A DNA stretch of 64,000 nucleotides from Nymphaea colorata (taxonomy: Eukaryota), in NCBI RefSeq assembly GCF_008831285.2, contig NC_045138.2, forward strand, positions 15,500,001 through 15,564,000, read 5' to 3'. Made by a program: the position numbers and the translations under genes. A model generated the notes under the pieces. The model did not search any database. It had not been told where the DNA came from and was given only the letters and a program-made list of their open reading frames with translations. Numbering within the stretch: the stretch's first letter is position 1; each line of letters opens with the position of its first letter. This document shows, in pieces, positions 26,961 through 38,692 of the stretch.

Positions 26961-28753
26961 TATTGATTCTAATTCAATTCTATAACTTCGATTTGATTCT
27001 ATTTTTTTCATACACTAGTCAAAACGTTTAGGCTTTGATGGATTTATCATGGTCGAGTCGTTGACGTACATGCAGATCAGATTGCAGGGATCTGAATTCC
27101 AAACCTCTATAAGAGCACTATGATACATCAATTTGGGTGATCTGAATTTGCTTCAAGTAGAACCGACTATGGGTTTATAGAGCATAACCAAACATATGGT
27201 TGCAAATATAGGAGATGATGAGAATCCCTTTCTATTTGAGAATACAAATTTGATAAGCAGGAACCAACTACTTAAGCTGATACAGAGGTTTTGCATCTAT
27301 TAACACAACTTTTCTTGAGCTTCTACTTAATATTATCAGAATCGACTGAATGGGCCGTTCCAAAACCAAATTGGCGGTAAACCAATTTGGAAGATTGTAT
27401 GTTCTTGAGCAAAGAAAAATGGAAGCTGAACTCAAGAGGAATTCTAGAAAATAGTGAATAAGATTTGGAGGCATGGAGGAGAAAAAAGGTTCCGAACTCA
27501 GCTGCTAGAAAGTAGAAATCATCCGGATCCAAATGCGATTCCATTTCGATCTTAGCAATTTTCTGTGCGATTATCGATCCACCAGTCCACCTTGCGTCGA
27601 GGAATTTGCTTGCCCTCAACGAGAAGATAGAAAACAACAAGGGCCTGTATCCGATCGATCGGATCCAAGCTCGAACTAAGAAAATGTTATTCCGAATCTG
27701 AATCCAAATCTGACCTCGGAATGGAATTGATGGATGTTCAAGCAGCATTGGAATCTCATTACGAGGCTTATGGATTCAGATATTTGAATCTTGATATTTT
27801 GGTACTTTATCTGGATCCAATCCATGCATCGGAATCTCAACTTTGATTCATGACTAGCACTTCAAATATTCTGCCATGGATCCAAAATAGTAGGGATCAA
27901 GATAAACCAAAAGGAATTTCGGTAGAACTCATGTCTCGTTTCGTCTTTATCTTTTGATAGGCGTTCCGTTCCGTGGTTGGTGGGTCTTAAACCAGAGGAA
28001 GAGGCCCCTAACACGCTACAGTGTATTATGGGCCAAAATGACACAAACGCCCTTCGTGTACCACCAAAAGGCAGACCTTCTTTTAAAAGGACAAAAGTGT
28101 AATTTGGAAGCAAGAGACAAAGAACACCCCTTTGAAGAAACGGTAGAACGATTTTACGGCTGGCTGGTCCATGACAGTCACATGGCAACGTTTAATTATT
28201 TTTAATCTAATTTTAAAAATTATTCTTAATTGTTTTGATCTGTTTTTCAAAGATATTTTATAATATTTTTAGCTAAAGTTCACCAATTTTTACGTCTCCA
28301 TTTACTTCAAGTAAAATCAGGGGATATTTGGTGAAAAGAAAATACTTTGGGGTTATTTTTTGGGATGGAAAGCATGGACTTTTATTGAAAGCGCCTTCGC
28401 CTCACCTTGATTTCACAGTATGCAAACAACCAGTGAAATTTCACAGTGGCAGTGCGGGGGCACATGGAGTCTCGTGTGGGCAATTGCCCACACAAATGCA
28501 TTGAAGTGTTTGCGTCTTAGCAGTTATAATCTAAACCATTATAGTGAGTGCCCTTGTGGGGAGAAATTTCTGGCTAATTCGAAAGCAAAAGTATCGATGG
28601 CCTTTGTACCATTTCATCTTGTTCATTCTTAACTTGGAGATTGTGAGTGGTTCAATTGTCGTAAAACATATACATAACACACGAATTACATACGAAAGAA
28701 AGAAAGAGAGAGGAAAAAGGAGATAAATAAAATGAATGAGAAAGAAGGCCTGA

Positions 28754-29430
28754 TCCACCTGTCTAAGCAATACCGGCTATGGAGATCGATTGGTTTCACC
28801 TCTTGTTTGGTTCCACGTTTGTAGAAGGGAGGCACACAACGTCGATGAACAAGTGGTACACGTTTCCCTTGCGTTCAGCCAAACTACAAGGAAGATCATT
28901 TCGGGAACGGTGCATTCACGTCCTGGCACGGCTCACGAAGTAAGTGCCGGATCAGAGTGCACAGGCCTCCATGCGTGACACATGATCCTTCTGACCCATT
29001 TTCAGAGATACGTGTCACACATGAGGTAAGGTCTGAAAGAAAATAATTCACATCTAGGCAATATCGGCTATGGAGATTGATTGGTTCTACCTCTTGTTTG
29101 ATTCCACGTTTGTTTTGCATCTTTTGAAACAATGTGCGTTCGTCCCTTGCGTTCTGCCAAATTGGAAGGAAGATCGTTCTGAGAATGCTGCATTTATGCA
29201 CTTGGCACACCCACCAGAATTATGTATACTGGGGTGCACTGTGTACAGCCTCGGTGCATGACACATGCTCCTCCTGACCTACTTTCAGGAGATATGTGTC
29301 ATGCATGGGAGTCAAGTCTGTCATACTCGCCAGAATTATGTATATTATAGTGCACTGTGTTCGGCCTCGTTGCATGACACATGCTCCTCCTAACCTACTT
29401 TCAGAAGATATGTGTCATGCATGGGGTCAC
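28754..29430. repeat. Structured tandem repeat: two ~291-bp units plus a ~117-bp sub-duplication, carrying three copies of a ~50-nt hairpin
   Basis: GCAATACCGGCTATGGAGATCGATTGG (28767) recurs as GCAATATCGGCTATGGAGATTGATTGG (29058). Segment 29213-~29310 is repeated at ~29330-29426. Hairpins at 28972-29021, 29255-29305 and 29371-29421. Confidence 0.85.
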
Positions 29431-29880
29431 GTCCGTGCATATAACCAGCTTCGGTTGAAGCAACCCGTGAGCTTGTTGGTGAGACATGCATCAAACATAA
29501 ACTCTATGTTGCATGCATCAACCCATTGCACCAATTGAAGGGTATTTTTGACATTTAAAAGTAAATATTTACTTTTTTTTTTATTTTTCATCTTTGCCTG
29601 GATCCTCCTTTGACAGACCAAGGGCATTTTTGTCACTTCATACCTTTCGATACCGAATAAATACCCAACCCGAACCCATATGACATGGTTGAATAGAACC
29701 GGTCAACCATTGCACCCCTTGAACTGGAGCTGCATCAGATTGTTTCATTTCATCATACTCGGTGCAATTTGTATCCTTCTTATCAAGAACTAGGAGGAGG
29801 ACCCATACTGGATCCATCACTAAGAACAAACTGGAGATCATTAGATCTAGGACAGTTAATTACATATGTTGGATTTCAAG

Positions 29881-29971
29881 CAGTGGCGTAGTCACATGGT
29901 TATGTGCCCTAAAGAAATTATAGGTATTGAATGAGTGCCCCCACCAAAAAAAAATTCTGACTCCGCTAGTG
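29881..29971. mobile_element. 91-bp hAT-type MITE
   Basis: Perfect 8-bp TSD ATTTCAAG (29873-29880 and 29972-29979). TIRs CAGTGGCGTAGTCA / TGACTCCGCTAGTG match at 11/14. Confidence 0.85.
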
Positions 29972-30751
29972 ATTTCAAGTCAGAATGGAATCCAGAACCA
30001 CAGAAAGTGACAAAATGCCCATATCAAGTACTAAATACCACATTGGCTGGTGTATCTGTTGTTTATATGATAAGTCAAGGTCAAATTTTGGTTGCTGCCA
30101 ACCCTCGGAGTAGGCCAAGGGTTTAAGGGCCGGAAGCGAGAGCCAGCGACAAAGTCTCTCAACGTGAATGTGCGGTTTCCCTAGGTCATAAGCTAGCTAC
30201 TACCTAAAAAGGAAAGGAAAGGATAAGATAAATCATTTTGTAAGATAATAATACAGTGAATCGGGCCCTTTTTTTTCTTTCTTTCGAGACTAGGAAACAA
30301 GTAAAGCAGTTTTAAGGAATTTAAAATATATGTGTGTGTATGTGTGTGTGTGCCTGCGTGAATAACCAACTATTTGAAAGTAACATGTAAAAATAAAGGC
30401 ATTTTGTAGGGCTGGTCCAAGCAATTACCTACACCAAACCAGGTGGGGCTCCGCCACTGCGACCCGCCGACGTATCAAAATGCGAGTCGTCTCTAATTTT
30501 AAAAGTCGGACCACGGCGGCCAGGCCGACCCCTGTGGCCCAGCTCTTATTCAGGCAAACCAATTTCAGTGAGCCAATTGGGCCAGTTAATTAGCTGAAAT
30601 TGGTCTTTAGTGGGTTGGTTTGGTTCCCACTTGTTTCGTCAAAATGAGGTCACGTAAAGCTTTGGATATGGATGGATTACTGTTAAAAGCGAAGTCGTTC
30701 AAATCTTTTCCTCCTTTAAGTGAGAAACAACACTGTTCAATCCCTTCTGAA

Positions 30752-30912
30752 ATACTTTTTTCTGCTAGAGACGACCAATCATAAGAGGCTTCTTGCTCAC
30801 TCGTATTTCTTTGTGCTTGGTCTGTTGAAATTTTGTCCAAGATTGAACGGATCAACCCTTTATGGCCATACTTTTTCCGCTAGAGACGAGGCATAAGAGG
30901 CCTCCTTGCTCT
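30752..30912. repeat. Diverged ~45-bp direct repeat, ~116 bp apart
   Basis: ATACTTTTTTCTGCTAGAGACGACCAATCATAAGAGGCTTCTTGCTC vs ATACTTTTTCCGCTAGAGACGAGGCATAAGAGGCCTCCTTGCTC. Confidence 0.75.
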
Positions 30913-32987
30913 TGGAATATGCTTCTTCTGGCCTCACCAAACTCAGTTGACAAGAATCCCAAGCGTTGAAAAGATGTTCAATCCTAATAGCTACATCTCA
31001 GCAATGTGTTTATCTGATAAAATATAGATATTTGAAAAGATTTGACCTGACAACTGATGTAAGAGAAATGGAGGGAGGAAGGCTGGAGTTGAAAAGCCAA
31101 GTGTTGAATTTCAAAGATTCTCTTCTGATTTACTCACATAGATCCAACGTCTTTCAACAGTTCCACCCATTGTTGAGTCCCACATCATTCATTTCTATTT
31201 GGTTATATATATATATATATATATATATTGTCGTATTTCCATACCCCTATTTTCTAAAGATATTGTATGCATACTTGTATCTTGGTATCCATATCCATGT
31301 GACTGCTGTTGAATTCTTGTACCTGGCTTTTCCTTATCTGCATCTGGGTCTTTTTGGTGGTTGGAATTTCAGCAGTCCACAAGGAAACAGATCTGATTCC
31401 TCACTGTAATGGCTTCCAACTTTTGAAAGTAAAAAGAAGATACGGCAACTTCATCTCTCTCTAACTGTACCACGAACAGCATAATTTTGCAGCCAGATTT
31501 GCTCAAAGCGGTTGAAGAGGGAGAGAAAAGTTGATGGCTCTCTTAATATCAAACTCAACATTTTTCTATACCATCTAAGATTTAAACTAAAAACATGGTT
31601 ATAACATGTTAACCTAACCGATTAAGCTACCCATCACACGGTAGAGAGAGAGAGAGAGAGATAGAGAGAGAACGATAGGCTTTTGCAGGTGAAGTTTATA
31701 GGATAAACACAGCAAACATAATGTTGACTGCTCTCTCCCTGTTCATACTTAACAATTAAGCCTCTTTCTAACACGCAACCAAGTTGGTAATTAATTCAAA
31801 TAACAAAAGCAACGGGTCCCCATACGCGGATCCTCATGGAGGACCCCGTTGATAATGCCAATAAACAATCATATAATAATTCTTTCTGCTTCATTCATAA
31901 AGATCTTCAACCATATCCCATCGCACTAACTCAATTGCGTATCACTAAGCGTGTTCTTACAGCCTCCTGCGATTTCTTCCTTAGTGATAAGTTAACTCGA
32001 ACCCACATCTTCAAAAAGGTACTTAATTTCCCTATGTCAAACGCACTAATGTCTGCATTTATCATTGTGTTTATTCTTGTCGATCAGTTCGGCATGATCA
32101 GATGAATTGCTTCAAACTCCTAATTTTTAATGTTATCATGCTCGTCAATGTCGGCTTCTCAAAATGAAATACTATTATCAGGAAATTAAGAACATGCCAA
32201 TGCGACAGTTCCAACAGTTTTAACCATCCCATCAAATAGGTCCAGGATTAATTAGTGGGTTGCAGCATGATTAAGAATGGAGGGTAAATATTGCCTGAGA
32301 TATTATAGCTGTCGGTGAAAGAACGAACATAACACGGCAAAGATGCGAGACAACTAGGCACGCGCATACTTACGTGCCTTAGCTTAGGTTACATCAACAA
32401 AAAGACTGCAGATGTTTGAGATATGTGACAGATAAATGCATTAAAAGTTGGTGTGAAACATAATCTAATACAATTAGCAATAGTAAAACACAACCCATTT
32501 ACGTCCTGCTTCAAATATAAGTGAAGATGTAGAAACCCACTAAAGAAAAAAGAAATTAAAACAAATGTGGTGATGATCTGATCTCAACCCAATATCTCTT
32601 TGCTAATTAGACTGATCAAGGTTCGGCGTGGAGCACTCTAGGACATAAAAAAGACTGCAGCTATCGCTCACAACATGATAGAGTCAGTATCAAATTTTTG
32701 TAATATGAATGTGCAGTTCTTAGGGAAATTGGGACGTGAAGAACATTAAATCACTGTTCTTTTATAAGATAAGTAAGCGGGGCTAATAGCAATCAGCTGC
32801 AAATAAGGGATGGGAGTTTGAAGTTGCTTAATGTATGTGATCATGATTGATTTCACTTAAAAGTAGTGGTTTTTTTCATCTGAGAGTTGGAAAAACGACA
32901 CCGAACCAAGAGACTTTGTCACTCGCCCCATGGCATAAAACCCGGAGGCCAGCTAGTGTGTCCCTCTCCCCGAGTGTCTATGTACCC

Positions 32988-33070
32988 AAAAAAAAAAAGT
33001 ACTGGAATGTAAAAACCAATGGATTTTGACAAAAAAAAAATACTGGAATGTAAAATCCAATAGATTTTGA
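32988..33070. repeat. ~41-bp tandem duplication with poly-A lead
   Basis: A-tract + TACTGGAATGTAAAA(A/T)CCAAT(G/A)GATTTTGA occurs twice. Confidence 0.85.
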
Positions 33071-34560
33071 AATAACAGATCAGCTTCATTAGCATCTGAC
33101 TTTTTCCCTTTTAGGTAGAAGATCTCAAAGTTGGCCAAACCCATGGATACTTAGGTTCTACAAAAAGATGCATTCTACGTGTCGAACTCTTCTTTCAACT
33201 TGAAATTGTGCTGGCACTACCTGGAAAGTTTGTCTAATAGACTTTGTCATACATCCCCTCTTATCAATACTTTATTTCTTGGTTGGGATCCGCCCAACCC
33301 CATTTTTTCTATTAAAGAAATAACCTTATGTGTGTGTGTGTGATGGATAGTTGAGAGAAAAACAATGAGAAAAATGTGCACATTAATATTAGATGACAAA
33401 AATGTTCATCACCTTTTTCTTCTTATTTTTCTCTTAACTATCCATCATGTTGGATCGAACAGTGCAGATTAGATGGCAGGCTGACTCTAAAAAGCTAGAG
33501 TCACCGTTCAATTTTCCTATATATACCATGTCCTAAGTAAATTTTCCATCCCTTCTTTCCATAATTTCCTATAAGCAAAGACCAGAAGCTTGGGAAAAGT
33601 TAGGCCAAAAGATGTGGAAGGTGGAGTCATCTTTCAGTTTTGTTAAAGAAAGAAAAGATAAGCTCATTGCCCACCATCCAAATTGAGTTGACTTATCCCT
33701 TTCAATGGCCAGTTTCAAGTACAGTCATGCTGAATATTGAAGACATGCTTGAGGCTCTCAGTTTACATGAGAGGATAACCTTTGCTTTTGTCCTCTAATG
33801 TGGTTTAAGTCCTTTCATGTCTGTAGTTTTCCTCCAGAGAAGTAAGCACCAACCACCAATAATTCCACTTTTGGACACTGGCCGGTTTTGGTCCCACAAG
33901 CAAAATTATTGGGCTTAGCAAAATGGAGAGCAAAAGCGGCACCAGAATCCACCGCTTCCCAAAAACCTTGATTTGATGCTTTAGTCCCGGTCTTTTTCAC
34001 CACGAGTGATGGCCTAGAAAATTTTTTATGGAAAGTTAATGATGAGTGCAGAAGCAAGGCCTTAGGAATAGATGTTCAAGATTAAAAGGCAGATCTCTTT
34101 GAGATGAATTGTAGCTGCTCGTAGGTGATCATTTACATTTCATTTGGAGTATGATCAGATGGCTGTCTAGTGTCAGACTTGGTCAATTGAAGATATATGT
34201 TCAAAATTTCAACTTCTAGATCTGATCTGGATTCTCAGAAGATCCTACAAGAAGACTGAAGCATGAAACTTATCTTGGTCAAGTGTTGTTACGAAGAGCA
34301 AATTCTTTAGTGTGCCGTTGAAACTCCTTTCTTATTCTTTTGACAGGAAAAATCAGGGTTTGACAGATCCCTGCCGGATTATGCCAACAATGAATCCAAG
34401 GCATCACACTGAACATGCGACCTCTTTTCATCCACTCCTATATGCGAATGGTGCATGCTGCTTATCTCAGCTGATCAGGTTTCAGATGCAAATGGGTGAG
34501 ATCCAGGATGTTCCAACCTTTCTTACTTTTCAGAATTTGATGCTCTTGCATCCCTAAATT

Positions 34561-34596
34561 TATAGAAGACAATGCACCTATAGAAGACAATGCACC
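34561..34596. repeat. Exact 18-bp tandem duplication
   Basis: TATAGAAGACAATGCACC x2. Confidence 0.9.
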
Positions 34597-35923
34597 ATGA
34601 CATTTCACAGTAGACATTGGTAAGATCCTTGCATTTAGCATCACAGGCAGATGGCATAGCCTCCATACAATTTTTCTCCATGATCAGAATTTGAAGTCGC
34701 ATTTATTTTACCATGGTTCTTAAGAAAGCCGGTTTACATCCTTACTAATAAAATAATCGTTATACCCAAGAGGATGTTATTACAGGTCAATCTCATTAGA
34801 CGAAGTAGGGAGATTCATCTAACCCTGATAGTGCCGAACCCAGATGCTATTTACATTCATCAATTATCAGACCTCTTTCTTTGTGGGCAGTGCAGAAACT
34901 TAGATTTTGTTAAACTTTTCCACACCAAATCAGGTTAAAAGTTTGATCAATCATGTCTCCAAGAAAGTGCAGAGAATGTCTCTCTCTCTCTTTCTCTTTC
35001 TCTTTCTCTTTCTCTCTCTCTCATGAATGCTATGCCATGAATGATTGTAGGGCTCTACCTCAGCAGAGATTAAACATGTGATAGCAACAGTTGGAACCTT
35101 ACCAAGGAGTGGGATCAAGCTAAAGCGAGGGACCTACACTGACAAGGAATAGGCCTGCGATAACATCACTGTGCGTGTGGAGCCTTGCCGAAACAGTGCA
35201 ACACAGCAAACATGTTAACAAACTGGGTCCATTGACAGCGCCCACACAGTGAACAGAGCGGCCATAGGTCGTAACTTGTTCATTGGCTCGGCCTTGAGCA
35301 TATGACATGTTGGGGAGGGCGGACCACTAAGTTCACACTCTGCCTTTCAAGATTTTAGTGATTTGGGCCGCTGGATTCCAGACCCCACAGGCCGGAGTTA
35401 CCACTTGGCTCAATATGGCCAGAAAGATAACGTTGGTCAAAAAGGGCAAAGGAAATGCAGAGGGAAAAGATTTTCCTTTTTGGGCTCCTGATTGTTCATT
35501 CTAATCTGAGAAAGAGCCTCAAGTTTCTCGCCTTTCTTTTATATTCAGCTCTGTTTTGTCGGCGATTATCAAAATGACCACCTTATGATAAATCCAGCCT
35601 AATTAGGCTAGCTTCTGAGTTTTATATATCATCTTCTTCTTTGGGTAGTTTTACTGTCATTAGTATCTCTTGCTGATCGGCCTGTACTGGCTACTACGCA
35701 TCAAAATCATGCAGGAGCCAATGCCTGGGCAGCAAAAAAATTAGATTATGGGTGGCTGGAATCCATCTTTGTAATAAAATAAGAACATTATGTTTTTCTT
35801 GAATCTTAATTCTTAAGTAATGACCTGTTTTAGTTTACACTGATTAAATATGACCATTGACCAATCAAGAATCTTTATATCTTTTAATAAAATGATTCGA
35901 CTCTGATTGGGTGGATCATAGAT

Positions 35924-36290
35924 GGGGATGTCAATGAATCGGATTCAGATATCAAATTGTTTCGAAAAGATCAGACGTGAAAAAACTTTTAACATCATAT
36001 TAAGAAATTTGATCGGATTGGGGTTTAAGAAATGACATTCAATCAGGCTAGGACTCGATCAAATTCAAATTTGCATATGGATCCATATTCAGATTATATC
36101 CAATGTCCATATATTTTGAAAATCGGTTGCTAACATATCATCATGCAGTTCCGATTCGGTTGTATATTTAAAAGTCAAATTCATATTCAGAGGTTTAAAA
36201 AAAGAAAATCTGTTTCAGAGCAGATTCAGATTGTAAATCTGAAAATCATATTTGCATATAGTGTAGACTTTTTTTCATTCATATTGGAAC
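35924..36290. mobile_element. Degenerate non-autonomous DNA transposon fragment (GGATC/ATCCG-rich family)
   Basis: Starts GGGGATGTCAATGAATCGGATTCAGATATC and has recurring CGGATT/ATTCAGA/ATCCAA subrepeats. Right boundary approximate. Confidence 0.4.
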
Positions 36291-38094
36291 CCAAATATGT
36301 AAAAATATGATAAATCAAATGTGTTCTTAACATACCAAATCAGAAAGATGCTTCCCCCCTTTCAAGGTCAAGGCAGGAAGCTTCCAACGAAACTAGTTAA
36401 TTCTCTACTAGCTGACAAAACTTTAAGTACTAGAGCTCTATATTTAAGAATTGTTGCAAAAGCTGTGAACTTTATAAGGAAATTAGAGCAAACCAGGGGC
36501 TTTTTGTATTAAAAGCAAAAGAAGCACTCTCTAAACAACTAAAAAACACACAAAAGAAAACAAGAGAAAGAAAAGAAAAAGCAAAGTTGATCACATTTTA
36601 GAAGTGAAAAATGGAGCTTTCCATGCACCAACTTATCAAGTGGGGGAGAAGTTTTGTTTTTGCTATGTAAAGCGTCCAAAGGGATCATGTTAACGGATAC
36701 GTGGATGATCCACGACGACACGATTACAAATAAAATCGAGAAAGGAATTCCAAAAGGTCGATAACTAATGCTTGGAAAGATCCAAGTCCCTAACAAGTAA
36801 ACCCATCATGCTTTTCAAAAGCAACCAAAGTCGATGGATGATCTTGCCGGAACAAGCAAAATCTAGAACGGCAGAATCTTATTGAAAAGCCAAGGCATGA
36901 TATGATTGCCACCGTTTTGCATTCATTTTTAAAAAGTAATCACAAGGCAACATCAGCAATCAGCAATTGAGCAACCGCAATTTTTTTCTATAAACAATAG
37001 CTGGTAATTAGATTTTGGCTTGAAGAAAGTCGAGAGTTCAAATATAGTTACAAATATATGTAAATCTTGAAATAAAACTGTCAAGAATTTTTATAAATAG
37101 CTGAACAGTTGGCAGTGTTGAATTGATTCAGGAGTCCAACTGTGTGTATATATATATATATAATTAAAGTCAGACGACTACCACTATGGCCGGATGGTCA
37201 TTTTTTGTTTTGTGCCACTAAACCATTACAAAAAAATGTATCCTATCACTAAAAACCGGCAGTTGGGCATCAAAAAATACACCTTTTGTGACAGTTTTTA
37301 GCAACATAAAATAAATAAATAAATAAAAACTATTCAAGCATACAGGTTGCCGGCTGATTTTTCGGATTTTTGAGACATCGGATGTTGCTGGACACTAAAG
37401 CACGGTTGCCAGTACATGAGCAATAGCAACAGTTTATTGTGCTTTAACCCCCGAGGAAAGTGAAAAGAGCTTTTGTCGATGCACAAGTTAATATTAAATT
37501 ACTTATGTTTGACATTGTGTAAGTTTAATTAAATGTAAAGGTAATTGATCAAAGCATGTTGGGTGCGCATTTAAAATGGAAAAGTGAGAATGAACGGCAG
37601 TGTTTAAAAAGATGACAATATCTAAAACTTTTAGGTTACTGCAGTTCTCATTAATATGATTTCATGCCTATCGTCTTAAAACATTTTGTTCCCATGCACT
37701 TTCCATGCCACACGCGAAATCATATAACTTTTTTCCCACATTCTGACAAAAGTAGATCCACATTCTTTTTTCCAAGCATTTTCAAATGCTCCATGTCGTG
37801 AACTTTTCGAAATGTGGTCAACATGAAACTCTACTTTAATTTTTTTGTGACCAAAATTTTAAAGTTTTGTTTTAGAAAAGTGCTGAGTTTTGCTATGATC
37901 ATGACAAAGAATGTACATACGCCATTGTCTTTGGCACTATGGCTACAGTTGAGAGAGACAGAATTCTCTATCGGCAAAAGCCTCCTATCTGTTTTCAGAT
38001 CATGCATGATTCCCTTGTTTTGTCTGAATTCCAGTAAGAATTTACCTGACACCAGCTTCTAGTAAGAAAGAAGAAACAAGAACGCAGTGGCGTC

Positions 38095-38265
38095 TAGTGG
38101 CGGAGCTACGGTGTTGTTGGTGTCCGCACCAGCCTATAAAATTTGCTTTATTTACATATATAAACTTCATTAATTTTTAGTTTTTTTTATATATGACTGC
38201 TCTTTCAAATTTGTAATTTAAACTTAAAGAGTGCCCTTAGCTACAAAGTTCAAGCTCTGCTATTG
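38095..38265. mobile_element. hAT-type MITE, same TIR family as 29881-29971 (degenerate)
   Basis: TAGTGGCGGAGCT ... AGCTCTGCTATTG termini around an AT-rich core. The TSD is only partly conserved (GTGGCGTC / GTGGATCT). Confidence 0.55.
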
Positions 38266-38650
38266 GTGGATCTCATCATGGGCCGGAACTAAGCCGGAAA
38301 ATGGTGTTGTCTCCACATTTCCCGTCGACGCCATGCCGTTCACACTAGTCTGTAAGCCAAAGTCGGGTATACCACTTGAATAAGGATCAAGTCCTCTTCA
38401 GTTTGCATCTCATATGTCGCTTCATTACAAAAGTCTTTCATCTCAACGCATATGTGGTTCTGAATAAGTTACAGGGCGACACACAACTCCGGTATCGATT
38501 CGTTTATCTCTGCCGTAGAATATTGTCGGCTCTATTTTCCTCGTCCACACCAGAAAGTTATACTTGCGTACAAGCCAATGCTATGTTAGAATACCTTGAC
38601 AGCTATGCTATTGGGCTTGTGAGTGACGAATTTAGTTTCTCTCTCTTGCC

Positions 38651-38656
<6 letters not shown>

Positions 38657-38691
<35 letters not shown>
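38657..38691. repeat. (AT)n microsatellite
   Basis: Directly visible. Confidence 0.9.

Positions 38692-38692
<1 letters not shown>

Noticed and set aside
36675..36686. 12-nt match to the 5' end of miR393 (TCCAAAGGGATC)
   Set aside because: The 3' half diverges and no hairpin is apparent.
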